The notes beneath the pieces are model-generated. The model did no database searches, had not been told where the DNA came from, and saw only the letters and a list, made by a program, of their open reading frames with translations. From Octopus vulgaris (lineage: Eukaryota), in NCBI GenBank assembly GCA_951406725.2, contig OX597821.1:41602001-41666000 (forward strand): 64,000 bases of DNA, in the 5' to 3' direction. Positions 24,487-37,855 of this stretch are shown one piece after another; the stretch's first letter is position 1; the number at the start of each line of letters is the position of its first letter. The position numbers and the translations under genes were made by a program.

Positions 24487-25605
24487 ATATTTATATATAT
24501 ATTATTCATTGACGATGACTTTGATGTTTCTACCAGCTAACCCATCATTAGACTGACCAAAACTTCGAAGTTACTGTCAATACTTTTCTTGTTAAAGCAT
24601 AATAAATTTGTACTCTACCAAACGTATTGATTAATGTAAAACTGTTTTATTAAAACACAAAAACAAAGAATAATACACACACACACACACACATGCACAC
24701 TAATGCACACGCATGCACACGCAAGCACAGAGCAGAAAACGAGAGATAGAGTGAGGGAGGGGGAAAGAAAGAGAGTACGACAAACAGACAGACAAAGACA
24801 GAGTTAAGGAAAGGTAAACACATAGATCTAATTACCTAACTTTAAGATAAGGTACAAAATAAAATTACTCTACTAAAGCAAGGATAGTTACTAATTTAGT
24901 ATTTTATTGACTAAAAAAGGAAAAAAAAAAAGCAAAAAAAAAAACTGTGCTTGTATATAAGATCTATACAAATTTATTTAGCAGAAGGTTGCAATGCAAG
25001 AAATAACACCTGTTTTGATAGTTCAAGAAATATACTGTAATTTGCAAAATCAATAAGTGAACCATTTGAAAGCAACCATTTTATGTCACAATTTGATGGC
25101 AGGTGTTAGAATGTGGAACTGCCACTTCTCTAAGAAACTATTTACTTAGAGTTGCTTTGGGGATTTTTACTGGATTCCAGAGTTTTCCTTGTATCTTCTT
25201 CATGTGATTGATTCTCCCTAAATGACTGTTCTCTTTGTGCATTTTTTTCTTTTCGGTGAACATTGATGTAAATACCAATATTTATTTATGTTTTTATTAT
25301 TTTTTGTAAAATTATTCACCTGACACTTATACCTCCATCCCACCCCTACCCTCTCCATTCCATTCCTTGCCCTTTTCTTTTTTTTATATTATTATTATTA
25401 TCAAAGAACTACATGGCAGTGACCTAGCAGAATCACTGGCATCTCAGACAAAATGCTTAGCAGCATTTTCGTTGTTTTCTTTTAGTTCTTTAAGTTCTGA
25501 GTTCAAATTCCACCAAGGTCAACTTTGCCTTTCAGCCTTTCAGGGTTGATTAAATAAAATATCAGTTGTGTACGGAGGTCTAAAAATGCTGGCTTTATGT
25601 CAAAA

Positions 25606-25775
25606 TTATACATAATTTACATTATTTACATTTGACGGATATTTGTCCTCATCTTGTTTGCTGTTAACACATTTCAGCTGATATACCCTCCAGCCTTCAT
25701 CAGGTGTCTTGGGGAAATTTCAAACCTGGGTTCTTATTCCTAAGGTATTTTTTGATGTTATTATTATTATTATTA

Positions 25776-25817
<42 letters not shown>

Positions 25818-25849
25818 TCACTGCTTGGAATCGAACTCAGAATCTTAGG
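25606..25849 (-). mobile_element. Family E copy, head-to-head with the next copy
   Basis: Reverse-complement match; HHR at ~25665-25708 with stem III deletion. Confidence 0.85.
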
Positions 25850-25904
25850 ATTAAGAGTGCAGAGCTACTAACCCCGAGATTCTGAGTTCGATTCCAAGCA
25901 GTTA

Positions 25905-25971
<67 letters not shown>

Positions 25972-26005
25972 TATAATAATAACAATAATAATAGTAGTAG
26001 TAGTA

Positions 26006-26059
<54 letters not shown>

Positions 26060-26787
26060 GCTCTTGTGGCTTCTCATCTTAACTGATTGGAAGTGTTATC
26101 ATGTACATTGTTTTGTCTTGGCATAAAAGATGGGCTACAGCAAATATTCTGCTCAATACCACAGATTTGCTTGTCAGTTGCTTGACCATAACCAGTTGAG
26201 CATGTCCCTTAGTGGCTGATGATATGTGCATCTCTGATCACGAGCAGAAGTAGTGGGGGAGCATCATAGCCATGTGTTGAGAGGGATTCTTTGGGGTAAC
26301 AATAATTCACCTCTGGGAACATGGGTATTTTGTTCAACATCCTTAAACAATCCTTATTCAGGGACCTTTTGAGTGGGACGGGTTACTCGACCAGAAGAAA
26401 ATTCTAATTGGGCCCCACCTGCAAGGTCATGCACTGTTTATCTTGATATGAGACCACCATGTCGTGCACATATGGTTGTGATGCATGTGCCTAGTGTACC
26501 CTTATCAGATGGGTAGTCATGATGGGTATAATGGGCTTCGTATATTTTACGCCAGTGTCACTTTGATGGCATATACTGTTCTCTCACTCAATAATAATAA
26601 TAATAACATAGAAAAATACCTTAGGAATGAGAACGCAGGTTCGAAATTCCCCCAAGACACCTGATAAAGACTGGAAGGTATATCAGCTGAAATGTTGTGT
26701 TAACAACAAAGAAGTTGAGGATAAATATCCATCAAATGTAAATAATGTAAATAATATAAATAATTCCTCATCTCTTAAACATAGAAC
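25850..26787 (+). mobile_element. Family E copy split by an insertion in its (AAT)n tract
   Basis: Head 25850-25910, (AAT)n, insertion, then body 26590-26787 with mutated HHR (CTGATAA). Confidence 0.8.
26058..26589 (+). mobile_element. Unclassified interspersed repeat inserted in (AAT)n, probably a retroelement 3' UTR
   Basis: (AAT)n on both sides; partial second copy at ~41219-41375 (CTAATTGGGCCCCACCTGC...ATATTTTAC). Confidence 0.6.
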
Positions 26788-27109
26788 CCCTTTCTATTTT
26801 GCTTATTCTCTCTCCCCTCACACCACCCTCCCAAATACTGATTTTCTAAACTTCAGGTTGAACTCCCTAACATATCACCATTATTAAACTCTCATAAGGA
26901 TGGCACTGGAATGGTTATAAAACCTTATCGTTCTGAAGACTAAATCTTGAAAATGTTGTCTTTTCTAATCAATACTGCACTGTGTTGTATTATTTTGTAT
27001 TTTGATGCCTCACACCAACTAAAAGACAACAAACGATGATAATAATAATAATGGTGGTGATTATCACCAATATTATTACCATCATCATCATCAACATCAA
27101 CATCATCAC

Positions 27110-27169
<60 letters not shown>

Positions 27170-27172
27170 AAC

Positions 27173-27229
<57 letters not shown>

Positions 27230-27755
27230 CATTCATATTGTAATTCATAGAACAAATTGGTTGAAGAGGAAATGTTTCCATTCCATTATTTATTGCCTAC
27301 ATTTCATTGAAAGAAGGAATCTATTTAGCTTTATAATTTGCAGAGAAGGGCAATGTTTATATGTTGTTGAGGGTTACAAGATTCAATTTTTCAGCTATAA
27401 AATATACAACTATCCATTAGGAAAATTAATTATATTACTATTTCGATGGAACTGAAAATGTCAAGAAAACGCAATTGCTCGTAAAAAAAGTTCCAATACG
27501 CCTTTGCAGCAACCAACAAAATCACATGGGTTTAGTCCTGCTTTCTCAAAGCTTCCAATTCTATAAAAGCGTAAAAGGGCTTAGCTGTCACTCATGAGTG
27601 GGCATGATGGCATGGTTACTTGTACCATGCTTTCATATTGCTTTATGTACCTGAGTGATCATCAGTAAACACTTTCTAGCTTTTACATCTTTCATCCAGT
27701 AAAATACCACGGTTGTGACAGAACTGCCCCAGCACTTCGCTAGTAATTATTTTCA

Positions 27756-28370
27756 GGCATAGGAGTGGCTGTGTGGTAAGTAGCTTGCTTACCAACCACA
27801 TGGTTCCGGGTTCAGTCCCACTGCATGGCACCTTGGGCAAGTGTCTTCTACTATATCCTCGGGCCGACCAAAGCCTTGTGAGTGGATTTGGTAGACGGAA
27901 ACTGAAAGAAGCCCATCATATATATGTATATATATATATATATAGGCACAGAAGTGGCTGTGTGGTAAATAGCTTGCTTAACAACCACATGGTTCCGGGT
28001 TCAGTCCCACTTCATGGCACCTCGGGCAAGTGTCTTCTACTATAGCCTCAGGCCGACCAAAGCCTTGTGAGTGGATTTGATAGACGAAAACTGAAAGAAG
28101 CCCGTCATATATATGTATATATATATGTGTGTGTGCGTGTTTGTGTGTTTCTGTGTCTGTGTTTGTCCTCCCAACATCGCTTGACAACCGATGCTGTTGT
28201 GTTTACGTCCCCATAACTTAGTGTTTCAGCAAATAAGACCCAATAGAATAAGTATTAGGCTTACAAAGAATAAGTCCTAGGCTCACTTTGCTCAACTAAA
28301 GGCAGTACTCCAGCGTGGCCACAGTCAAATGACTGAAACAAATAAAAGAGTAAAAGAGAGAGTAAGAGAG
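27756..28370 (+). mobile_element. SINE family A, tandem (5' half plus full copy)
   Basis: Heads at 27756 and 27944; tail CAGTCAAATGACTGAAAC. Confidence 0.88.
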
Positions 28371-28929
28371 CTAAGTAGACTGGAATAACAGGTAATAATG
28401 TACTGGTGCCATATGAAAGGCACCCAAGCTAGCATCACATAAAAAGCACCTATGCTGGTGCCACAAAAAAAAAGCACCCATGCAGGCATCATATTAAAAG
28501 CTCCTGAGCTGGTATCAGGTAAAAAAGCACCCAGTCCATTCCGTATCCAACTGTGGGAACCATGCTAAAGCAGACAATGACGAATTGGAGCAAGAGGCAC
28601 TATGCTTTGTCAGCTCCTTGTCAAACCATCCAACTCATTCTGGTAAGGAAAATGGACATTAAATGATGATGAGGAATGTATCTTATTCAAAGATGCAAAG
28701 TGCTGTCTAGTCTAAGAATTGAACTTATGACCTTGTGATTGTGAGCTCAGCACTCTAACCATTCAGCCACATACCTTCACAGCTATATTCAATGATTTGT
28801 AAAAGACCGAACTCATTCACAGTACTTATTCTGTTTTGTTCTTTTGGTATGGAATCAGCACCAAGTACAATATACTGGCAGAATATCACAATAAAATGAT
28901 CAGCATTTTGTTTGTTTTTATTTCTATAA

Positions 28930-29230
28930 TATAGCTCAGTAGTTAGAGTGTTGGGATTACAATCATGAGGTAGTGAGTTCAGTTTCCAGACTAGGCTGTT
29001 TTGTGTTCTTGAGCAAGACACTTTATTTCACATTCCTTCAGTTCACTCAGCTGTAGAAATGAGTCACAACATCACTGGTGCCAAGCTGTTTTGGCCTTTG
29101 CCTTTCTCTTGGATATCATCGTTGGTGTGGAGAAGAGAGGCTGGTATGCATGGGTGACTGCTGGCCTTTCATAAACAACCTTTCCCTGATTTGTGCCTTG
29201 AAGGGGAACTTTCTAGGAGCAATTCCTCTA
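28930..29230 (+). mobile_element. tRNA-derived SINE family D
   Basis: TAGCTCAGTAGTTAGAG head, GAGTTCAG, TTCTTGAGCAAGACACTT, CACTCAGCTGTAGAAATG; relatives at 34016 and 56946. Confidence 0.7.
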
Positions 29231-29269
29231 ATGCTCAGTTTTTTCACTCTGCACCTTCATACTAATTCC

Positions 29270-29972
29270 TTCCTGCTAACTCACATTGCACGTCCAACAG
29301 AGCATGCTTGTTCCATTTCATTCCAGACTTTTCAAGTCCTCTGCATTTAAGGCCCATGTCTCACTACCATGCAGCATTACAGTTCTAACACAAGCATCAT
29401 GCAGTCTGCCCTTCACTCTTAGAGAAAAGATCTTTGTTGTTAGCAGTGAACTTCACTGAACTTTCTCTAACCAGTTCTCACACTAACTGCTGTACTTTCA
29501 GAGCAACCATTTCCCTTGCTAATTACATCTCCTAGGTAACAAAAGCTATCATCCACTGCTATTGTGCCATATTGGCTTTTAAGAGACTCAGTTTCCAGTG
29601 TATTCATAAGAACTGCTCCAATGTGTCTACTGTATATGAAGCTTAGATTTTTGGATAGCCTACCAGTGATTCCACTACATCTCTTGAGGAGTCTCCATAA
29701 ATTACATCAAGCTTACACCTCCTGCTTTTCTGATTATCAAGCAAGGCCATTTCCTGAAAGTGTTGGGGTCCTGTCTTTTTCTCCACTCACTAAAATATTC
29801 ATCTTTGCTTAATTTACCTTAAGGCTTCTCAATTCCAAGTTTAGCATCCATGCTGAGAATTTCCTCTCTAATTCCCTGATGGATTGCGTTATGAGAACTA
29901 GATCATCCACCTATCAGAGTTCCCGTGGATAGTCAATTTTAAACCTCTCTGTGATGGTTTGTAGGACTATGG
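29270..29972 (-). pseudogene. RTE-clade LINE reverse transcriptase remnant
   Basis: Minus-strand translation: decayed (Y)ADDLVL motif (VDDLVLI), SFCYLGDVIS, VKGRLHDACVRTVMLHGSETW. Confidence 0.85.
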
Positions 29973-30412
29973 TAAGTAGAATTGATGGTAAATGGCATGA
30001 ACTCAAATAGGACCAATGACATGTTCTTTGGGGGTCTTATATGTTTTCTAAAACATTTTTCAAATTAAATGCGTTTGTGGGTCAATAAGCAATTAATGGT
30101 TTCCAGATAAAATTTCTGTCAGGTTTTGTTTAATATGCATTGACAGTGATGAGAACGGTGAAGGGATACTCGAGGATATTTTTATGTGTAAGATATGGTA
30201 TAGATGAGGACAATGGGCAAACACAGAGCAAGAAAAATCAAAAATGGCCATTATATTACTAATCATTGATATGGAAGGACTCACTTTAAAAAATAAAGTA
30301 TTTCAACAGAAAAACACAATAGAAGGGAAATATTTTGGTTTGCAGGATATGAATCGTTGACCTAGGTTCAGGACCCTTTTGATTTTGCCATCTTTTATTG
30401 ATGATGATGATG

Positions 30413-30451
<39 letters not shown>

Positions 30452-31083
30452 TTAGGTTTGTTCTTTGTATGTATGTAACTAAAGAAAATAGGAAATATAT
30501 CCAATGGGATTGGAATGAAGATTGCTCACCCAACAGTTCCAAAACTAGGCAAATGGGAGTGAGAAATGGTAAAAAAAAAAAAGCACTCTCGTGCAAAAAG
30601 ATCCCCACTCATTCTTCCCATCCACTACCCCCTAAAAAAGGGACGAAAAATATCCAAACAATATTTAATGACAATAGTTTAAAGTATGTAGATTACGTTT
30701 CATGCAAAATATAGGAAATGAAAGCCATCACCTTGCATGCTTTGATCATGGATGATAGAAATCAATGAAATTTTTGTTAACATCATATATCGATCTTGTA
30801 AAATGCTGTGTTGGAAATTGCCACTTATTTATTAGCTGGTTTCCATTTTACAAAATGCATTATGCTTTTTATTCTCTACACTCCTAGCTCATGCATAGAT
30901 TTGAATGCATTTGAATTCAACAAAAGCCGAAAGAAACAGAACAAAAAAACAAAACAAAAAAAAACAAACTAAGAAAAAACAACAACCCACCTTTCTCTAT
31001 GGTTGGGAGACCTAATAGCTTGGGGATCTACTCAAAGAGTGTAGTGCAGTGTGTATTGAAACCACCGCTGTGTGGTAAAAGAA

Positions 31084-31139
<56 letters not shown>

Positions 31140-31387
31140 TAATAATAATAATAAAGAAATAGATAAAAAGTAAGAGGTGGGGTGAGAGAGAGGGAAAGGT
31201 CGGGGAACAGGAGTGAAAAGGGAGAAGAAAAAAAAGGAAAGAGAATCAGCTTATTGATTATTGAAATAGTAAAGGTTTCGAATATGTCAATATTTATCTA
31301 AAATAACAAGAATAAAAATAAAATACAAATAACACAATGATGATGACGATGATGATGATTGGGATTATGATAATGGTTATTATTAAA

Positions 31388-31428
<41 letters not shown>

Positions 31429-32573
31429 TGTACTAGTAGCAGTAGTTTTTATAGTTACTACAATGGCAACGAATGAAGGGACAGGTTACAAAAATATGGT
31501 GATTTACATTAAACTCAAATGCCAAAAGAAAAAAACAAACTGACCACATACATGGTATATACAGAATATATGTTTATGAGAAAGTCCCAAGAGGTTGACT
31601 GCCACTTAGAGTGGTTCAAAGAACTTCTCAGTTCCAGAACTACTCTCAATATGAAGGGTAAGTGTCCACTTCTCTCTATCATTTCCCAGCCAACAGTCAT
31701 ATGCCAAGGATTGGCTCATTTACTTTGGACAAGTTTACTGCCCTCACTGACCTTTCAATAAATTTATTCTAAAGCACTCCTTCATTCTCCATTCTCAGCA
31801 TCCCTTTAAGAAAGGAACTTCAATTTGATGGAGGTTTGGCCAAAGAGAAAATCATCTGTCTTTAATCCTTTCAGTCATGTCGACTCCGCAACATCTTCCC
31901 CAACAGTCACCAGACAGGGTTAAACTATTTGCCTTACCCAGCCAATGAAAGACTGTAGCTTAATCTTCATAACAGACTCAAGCAGTTGTTTCACCTAATC
32001 TACATGTGACGACAATAGCAATCCACAAACCAGCAATGTTTAGACATTGTGGAAGTGGATGTAGAATGGTTTTGCCAATCTGTGTGTCTTGGACACACCC
32101 ACAAGATAGAACTTGCATACTTGTAAAGTTTATTTCAATATAACAATACCTCTGGGTCGTACTCTCATCATGAACTCCTGGAAGTTATGCATAGACCCCT
32201 AGTCCAGAAGTCTCTCATAACAGGTCAGTCGGATGATTCCCATTGAAACCCAGAGTTTCCAAAGGAACATTGTTGCTCTCCTCCACCACCAGTGCTCTAT
32301 AGAAAGCTAATGTCACATCTCCATAGATGTGGCAACTTCAGCTCATGTCTATACATCATCAGCTGCAATATAACTGTGTCCATTATGCAGAGCGTGTTGG
32401 TCATATATAAGTCGCTTGACCAATAGAACACATACTTTCCACATGAATTGAAAACACAGTTGCTCAGATCAGCTATAGTAAAACTGGGGTGAAACATGAC
32501 TGCCATTCAGTGATATATATGAGAGAGGTGATGGATATGTTTGCCACTTCTCTCAAATGTTTTAAGGTTTTAA

Positions 32574-32795
32574 CCCTTTCATTACTGCATTTATTTTGAG
32601 ATGCTCTTTGTTTCTTTCAATTAATTTTAAATATAACAAAGAATTTAGTAAAATAACTTAGTTATCATTAAGCTAGTGTTAGGAACATAAATTGTGACTA
32701 AGGTTTGGTGGAAGATTTTAATTTAGAACTTTTCAAAACAAGACATTTGTACAACAGAACCAGAGGTGGTTTCAGCCGGGTTGGTTTCGAAAGGG
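32574..32795. mobile_element. piggyBac-like MITE
   Basis: TTAA on both sides (32570-32573, 32796-32799); TIR CCCTTTC/GAAAGGG. Confidence 0.85.
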
Positions 32796-32947
32796 TTAAA
32801 CACACCTCTACATTTGGGCAGATAGACATTAGAAGCAGTTGGAAGGGTGTGGATTAAAGGAAATTTAGGCTATTATTTCTAGCATATAGAGTGACCACAC
32901 TGAGGTCTCCTTCTCTTATGTCTTCTGCTGATTATTTTTCTTCTTAA

Positions 32948-33171
32948 CTCTTTCATTACCGTATTTCTGTTGAAATTTTCTGTGTTTCTTTCAATCAATT
33001 TTAAATATAACAAAGAATTTAGTAAAATAACTCCGTTATCATTAAGCTAGTGTTAGGAACATAAATCGTGACTAAGATTTATGGTGGAAGATTTTAATTC
33101 AAAACTTATGAATACAAGACATTTGTATTCAGATCCAAAGCCGGTTTCAGCCGGGTTGGTAACAAAAGGGG
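32948..33171. mobile_element. piggyBac-like MITE, second copy
   Basis: TTAA flanks and homology to 32574-32795; a related inverted partial copy lies at ~33780-33945. Confidence 0.8.
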
Positions 33172-34015
33172 TTAAAGGTAACTTCCCACCAGCCTATTTC
33201 TGGAGGAGACTGGCTACCCTGTTCAGACTTCACCCAGTTCTTAGCCACCTGAAGTCAGTACTGGAATAAATCACCAGTTTCAAGATTATCAATTTTTGTC
33301 AATTTTGGGTCAATTTTTGCTCTTGTATTCCTTCGAAATGGGGCCAAGAACCTTAAGCTTTTTTACATCTGATGCCATTATTGCCATGTCCTCCATATAT
33401 ACCAAAATAACCTTTCTGTGAAGGTTATGTTGGCCCGTATGGATATCTCTTAACACCTTCAGTTTCCAAACTAGTGGCTTAAGAGTCAGTAAATACAGAA
33501 GTTGTGAGACAGGACAAACTTGGAGGATTCAGAATGGTTCTCACAGAGAGACTACTTTAGTCTGACCACTGATAAAATGTTGCTGTCTGTGGAAGGGATC
33601 CAGTGTCTAAAAGCAATACAGAAAACAGCAATACTAAAGACAGCTGCCAAGTAAAAATGGTAGACCCTATCAAAAGGTTTGGATTGATCAAAGTAACTCA
33701 AAACCCTATTAAAATAAGGTTCCTTCATTCCTTTTCATTTCAATCAGGGAAAATTCTTGATGAGCAACGAGAAAGCCATTGCTTACTTTCAAAAGATCTA
33801 AATTAAAACGTTCCATCAAAATTTCATGTTCATTGATGTTCCAAACACCAATAATGACAAAATTGGTTTACTGAATTCTTCATCATTTTCGAAAATAATT
33901 GAAGCAGAGGCAGTGGATTTTCACAGAAATCTGGTAACAAAAGAATGGAAGATTCTAAAGATAGACAATGGACAAGATAAAGCTGATTAATTTCTAATTC
34001 TACAGTAACAAATAG

Positions 34016-34500
34016 GAAGGCATGTGGCTTAGTGGATCACTAGATCATCATTTCAATTCCCAGATTGAGCAGTGCACTGTGTACTTGAGCAAGACACTTC
34101 ATTTCTCATTGTTCCAGTTCAATCAGCTGTAGATAGGTAACCCAGCAATGGACTGGCCTTCCTGTCAGAGGGAATGTTGGCCTACTTGGGGCTTCTGGTC
34201 AGAGGGAATGTTGGCCTACTTGGGCCTTCCGGTCAGAGGGAATATTGGCCTACTTGGGCCTTCCGGTCAGAGGGAATATTGGCTTACTTGGGCCTTCTGG
34301 TCACAGAGAATGTTGGTCTACTTGGGCCTTCTGGTCAGAAGGAATGTTGGCCTATTAGGCCTTCTAGTCAGAAGGAATGTTGGCTTGCTTGCCCAGCAAG
34401 TGGTGTGGTGTCATTCAAAAGCTAAAACAATGCAAAGTGCATTGTGACCAGCGATGTATAACAACATTCAGTAGTCTGGTTGGTACCACGATACCCTGAT
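34016..34500 (+). mobile_element. SINE family D copy containing a minisatellite
   Basis: Head TGTGGCTTAGTGG, CTTGAGCAAGACACTT, then a 34-bp tandem array. Confidence 0.65.
34164..34390 (+). repeat. 34-bp minisatellite, about 7 units
   Basis: Unit GTCAGAGGGAATGTTGGCCTACTTGGGCCTTCCG starting at 34164, 34198, 34232 and onward. Confidence 0.92.
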
Positions 34501-34918
34501 AGCAACAAATATCTACTGTTATTATAGAATTTCACATTTAAGACACACATTGCCAGACAAATTGTAAACATATTTTCAACACATTTGTAGCTGCAAGTTA
34601 TAAATACAATCCATGATTTGAGGAAATTGCAGAAATGTTGTTAAAGTGCCGACCTAATAGAGAGAGAATTCATAAGATATATTAAATGTAGAAAGTGAAA
34701 CAGCTAAATTACGCAAGCAAATGGATGAGTTATAGTAGTGCAAGCATGGCTACATGGCTGTTCATTGGACAGGTGTTTCTACCATAGCTTTGACTTGGTC
34801 AGTGTTTTAGGAATAACATTTCAGAGAGGGACAGCGTAGTAGTAGTCTGCCATATATTCTTTTACTGGCCTCAGCCTTGTGGTTGTGACTATATAAATAG
34901 ATAAATAATCATATATAT

Positions 34919-35305
34919 AGGTGCAGGAGTGGCTGCGTGTTAAGTAGCTTGCTTACCAACCACATGGTTCTGGGTTCAGTCCCGCTGCATGGTATCTTGG
35001 GCAAGTGTCTCCTACTATAACCTCTGGCTGACCAAAGCCTTGTGAGTGGATTTGGTTGACGGAAACTGAAAGAAGCCTGTCGTATATATGTATATATGTG
35101 TGTGTGTGTGTATGTTTGTCCCCTCAACATTGCTTGACAACCAATGCTGGTGTGTTTACATCTCCGTAACTTAGCAGTTCGGCAAAAGAGACCGATAGAA
35201 TAAGTACTAGGTTTACAAAGAATAAGTCCTGGGGTTGATTTCTTCGACTAAAAGCAGTGCTCCAGCATGGCCGCAGTCAAATGATTGAAACAAGTAAAAG
35301 AGTGA
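34919..35305 (+). mobile_element. SINE family A, full length
   Basis: Matches 447-848. Confidence 0.9.
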
Positions 35306-35306
35306 G

Positions 35307-35339
<33 letters not shown>

Positions 35340-35693
35340 CTACTTATAAGTATACACACACACACACACACACACACATGACAGAAGTAAATAGATACCC
35401 TATTAGTCATTAAAATTTAATGAAATCTGAAATTATAAATTCAAATTATTTGTTAGTTATTATAATGTGTAAATCTAATATTTAGTACACATGCCCTCTG
35501 TATTTTTCAGTGCAAGGACTCTATTAGGTATACTACTGATCAGATGATGAATATTCATGCCAGCAGGTCATAAGTTCCCTTGGTGTATTATAGCCAAAGG
35601 AATAATAACAGATGATGGATCACTGTCAGTTCATTATAGCTGTTTCTTACACATTTTTTTAATAGAAGAATTAGAACATTGCTCCATTACAAT

Positions 35694-36152
35694 ATCATCA
35701 TCATCCTCATCATCGTTTAACGTCCGCTTTCCATGCTAGCATTAGTTGGACGGTTCGACTGGGGTCTGGGAAGCCAGGAGGCTGCACCAGGCTCCAGTCT
35801 GATCTGGCAGTGTTTCTACAGCTGGATGCCCTTCCTAACGCCAACCACTCCGTGAGTGTAGTGGGTGCTTTTTACTTTCCACCAGCACAGGGGCCAGAGA
35901 AGGCTGGCAATGACCACGATCAGTTGGTCCTTTTTCCATACTACCAGCACAGAAGCCAGTTAAGGCGGTGCTGGCATCGGCCATGTTCAGGTGGTGCTTT
36001 TTACGTGCCACCGGCACAGGTGCCAGGCGAGGCTGGCAACGACCACGATCGGTTGGTGCTTTTTACGTGCCACCGGCACAGGTTTCACAACTACAATTAC
36101 CATTTGATTTTTTGAAGTTGATGTACTTGACACAATAGGTCTCCTCAAGCAC
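35694..36152 (-). mobile_element. Family C retroposon with RTE-type 3' tail ending in (GAT)n
   Basis: Minus strand GGCGTTAGGAAGGGCATCCAGCTGTAGAAAC...GGACGTTAAACGATGATG; internal ~60-bp repeats containing CTTTTTACGTGCCACCGGCACAG. Confidence 0.8.
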
Positions 36153-36529
36153 TATATATGTATATATATATACACAATTATACATATATATACTTATACA
36201 TATGATACATACATATATTTGTATATTATTGTATAGATAGGTAAGATAGTTGGCCATAAGTACATTTGGTATTATTAAGTAACAGAACAGGTGTATTTTT
36301 ATATCAACAAGTCATATGATATTAGTTATTGCATACAACTAGTCAGAATATTATCTACAGTTTTACACCAATATTACCAACAGGCAGTATTATATATATA
36401 TACACTTATATATGTATATGCATATATATATATGGAGATCTATGTGTGCATGCGTGCATGTGTGTGTGTGTGAGAGAGTATGTGTGTGTGGCTGTCTGTC
36501 TGTTTATCATTTATCTGTCTATCTGTGTA

Positions 36530-36574
<45 letters not shown>

Positions 36575-36869
36575 GGAAGAAAAACGCAATAGTGGGCATT
36601 AAAACGTTTGGACAGATAGATGATACAAAGTCCAACAAGAGAATCAACAATTAGAAGGACAGGCAAAAAAAGATGGGTCATTCTTGGCTTTCTTTCATCA
36701 GTCAAGTACCAGAAGCTACGACCATTTCAGGCAGGTACACATGAGCTGGTTTGATTTGGTTGCCCCCAAAAACGTCTAAGCTAAGAGCATTAGACCCCTT
36801 TGTAAGACAGCTAGCAACAATAACACTTATATATAACGCACAGATACACACACATACACTTACATACAC

Positions 36870-37345
36870 ATGAGAGTAGGCTGGAAAGATCATAGGCTGA
36901 CTATGAAAGAGTGATGCTAGAGCTGTGAAATCTTGCCTGCATTAATTTCACCTCTTCTTATCAATAACTGCATTGTTTCTTTCCAGTTAAATTGACATCT
37001 GACTATTCAAAGACGACTTCAGATGTAACTAGTAGTGACTTCTATTGAAAATGGACAAAATTCATGGGGTTAGAAAATACCTATTTCCTTACTACCCACA
37101 AGGGGCTAAACACAGAGAGGACAAACAAGGACAGACAAATAGATTAAGTCGATTACATCGACCCCAGTGCATAACTGGTTCTTAATTTATCAACCCTGAA
37201 AGGATGAAACGCAAAGTTGACCTCAGCGGTATTTGAACTCAGAACGTAATGGCAGATGGAATACTGCTAAGTATTTCGCCCGGCATGCTAACGATTCTTC
37301 CTGCTCACCACCTTTCATGGGGTTAGAAAATACCTGCAGAACTGA
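36870..37345 (+). mobile_element. Mariner-like 5' fragment interrupted by a SINE
   Basis: TIR-like GAGAGTAGGCTGGAAAGATCATAGGCTGAC followed by a start ATGGACAAAATT at 37051. Confidence 0.45.
37083..37313 (-). mobile_element. SINE family B monomer with 22-bp TSD
   Basis: TTCATGGGGTTAGAAAATACCT at 37061-37082 and 37314-37335. Confidence 0.92.
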
Positions 37346-37625
37346 AAGATTTTGTTGCAATTATCGAAATGAGTGAAGGGCAGTGAGCGAAGAGAATCAT
37401 TAGCTCATCAGACAAAATATTTGGCAGTATTTTGTCCAGCTCTTTACATTCTGAGTTCAAATCCTGACCTGACCAGATTTGCCTTTCATCCTTTCAGGGT
37501 TGATAAAATAAAATAAAAGAGAGAGAGAGAGTTAGGGGGGGGGAGTATAGTTTCCAAGTATACTTTGATTGGGAAGTTTGAATTCAAGGTGTAACAGACA
37601 TGGAACTGAGAATGAAGAGTGAAAG

Positions 37626-37855
37626 GTGGCGAGCTGGCAGAAACGTTAGCACGCCGGGCGAAATGCTAAGCAGTTTTTCATCTGCCATTACGTTCTGAGT
37701 TCAAATTCCGCCGAGGTTGACTTTGCCTTTCATCCTTTCAGGGTCGATTAAATAAGTACCAGTTATGCACTGGGGTCAATATAATCGACTTAATCCGTTT
37801 GTCTGTCCTTGTTTGCCCTCTCTGTGTTTACCCCCTTGTGGGTAGTAAAGAAATA
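37626..37855 (+). mobile_element. SINE family B monomer with TSD
   Basis: GAAGAGTGAAAG at 37614-37625 and 37856-37867. Confidence 0.92.

Larger units (their letters stand above)
31500..33700 (-). pseudogene. L1/Tx1-clade LINE ORF2 remnant, heavily decayed and interrupted by MITEs
   Basis: FDQSKPFDRVYHFYLAAVF (like LDQSKAFDRVDH) at ~33640-33695; decayed Zn-knuckle-like TILHPLPQC near 32050-32080. Confidence 0.65.

Noticed and set aside
34164-34390. CRISPR-like appearance of the 34-bp repeats (also 54184-54380)
   Set aside because: Contiguous tandem units without unique spacers, eukaryotic context and no cas genes.
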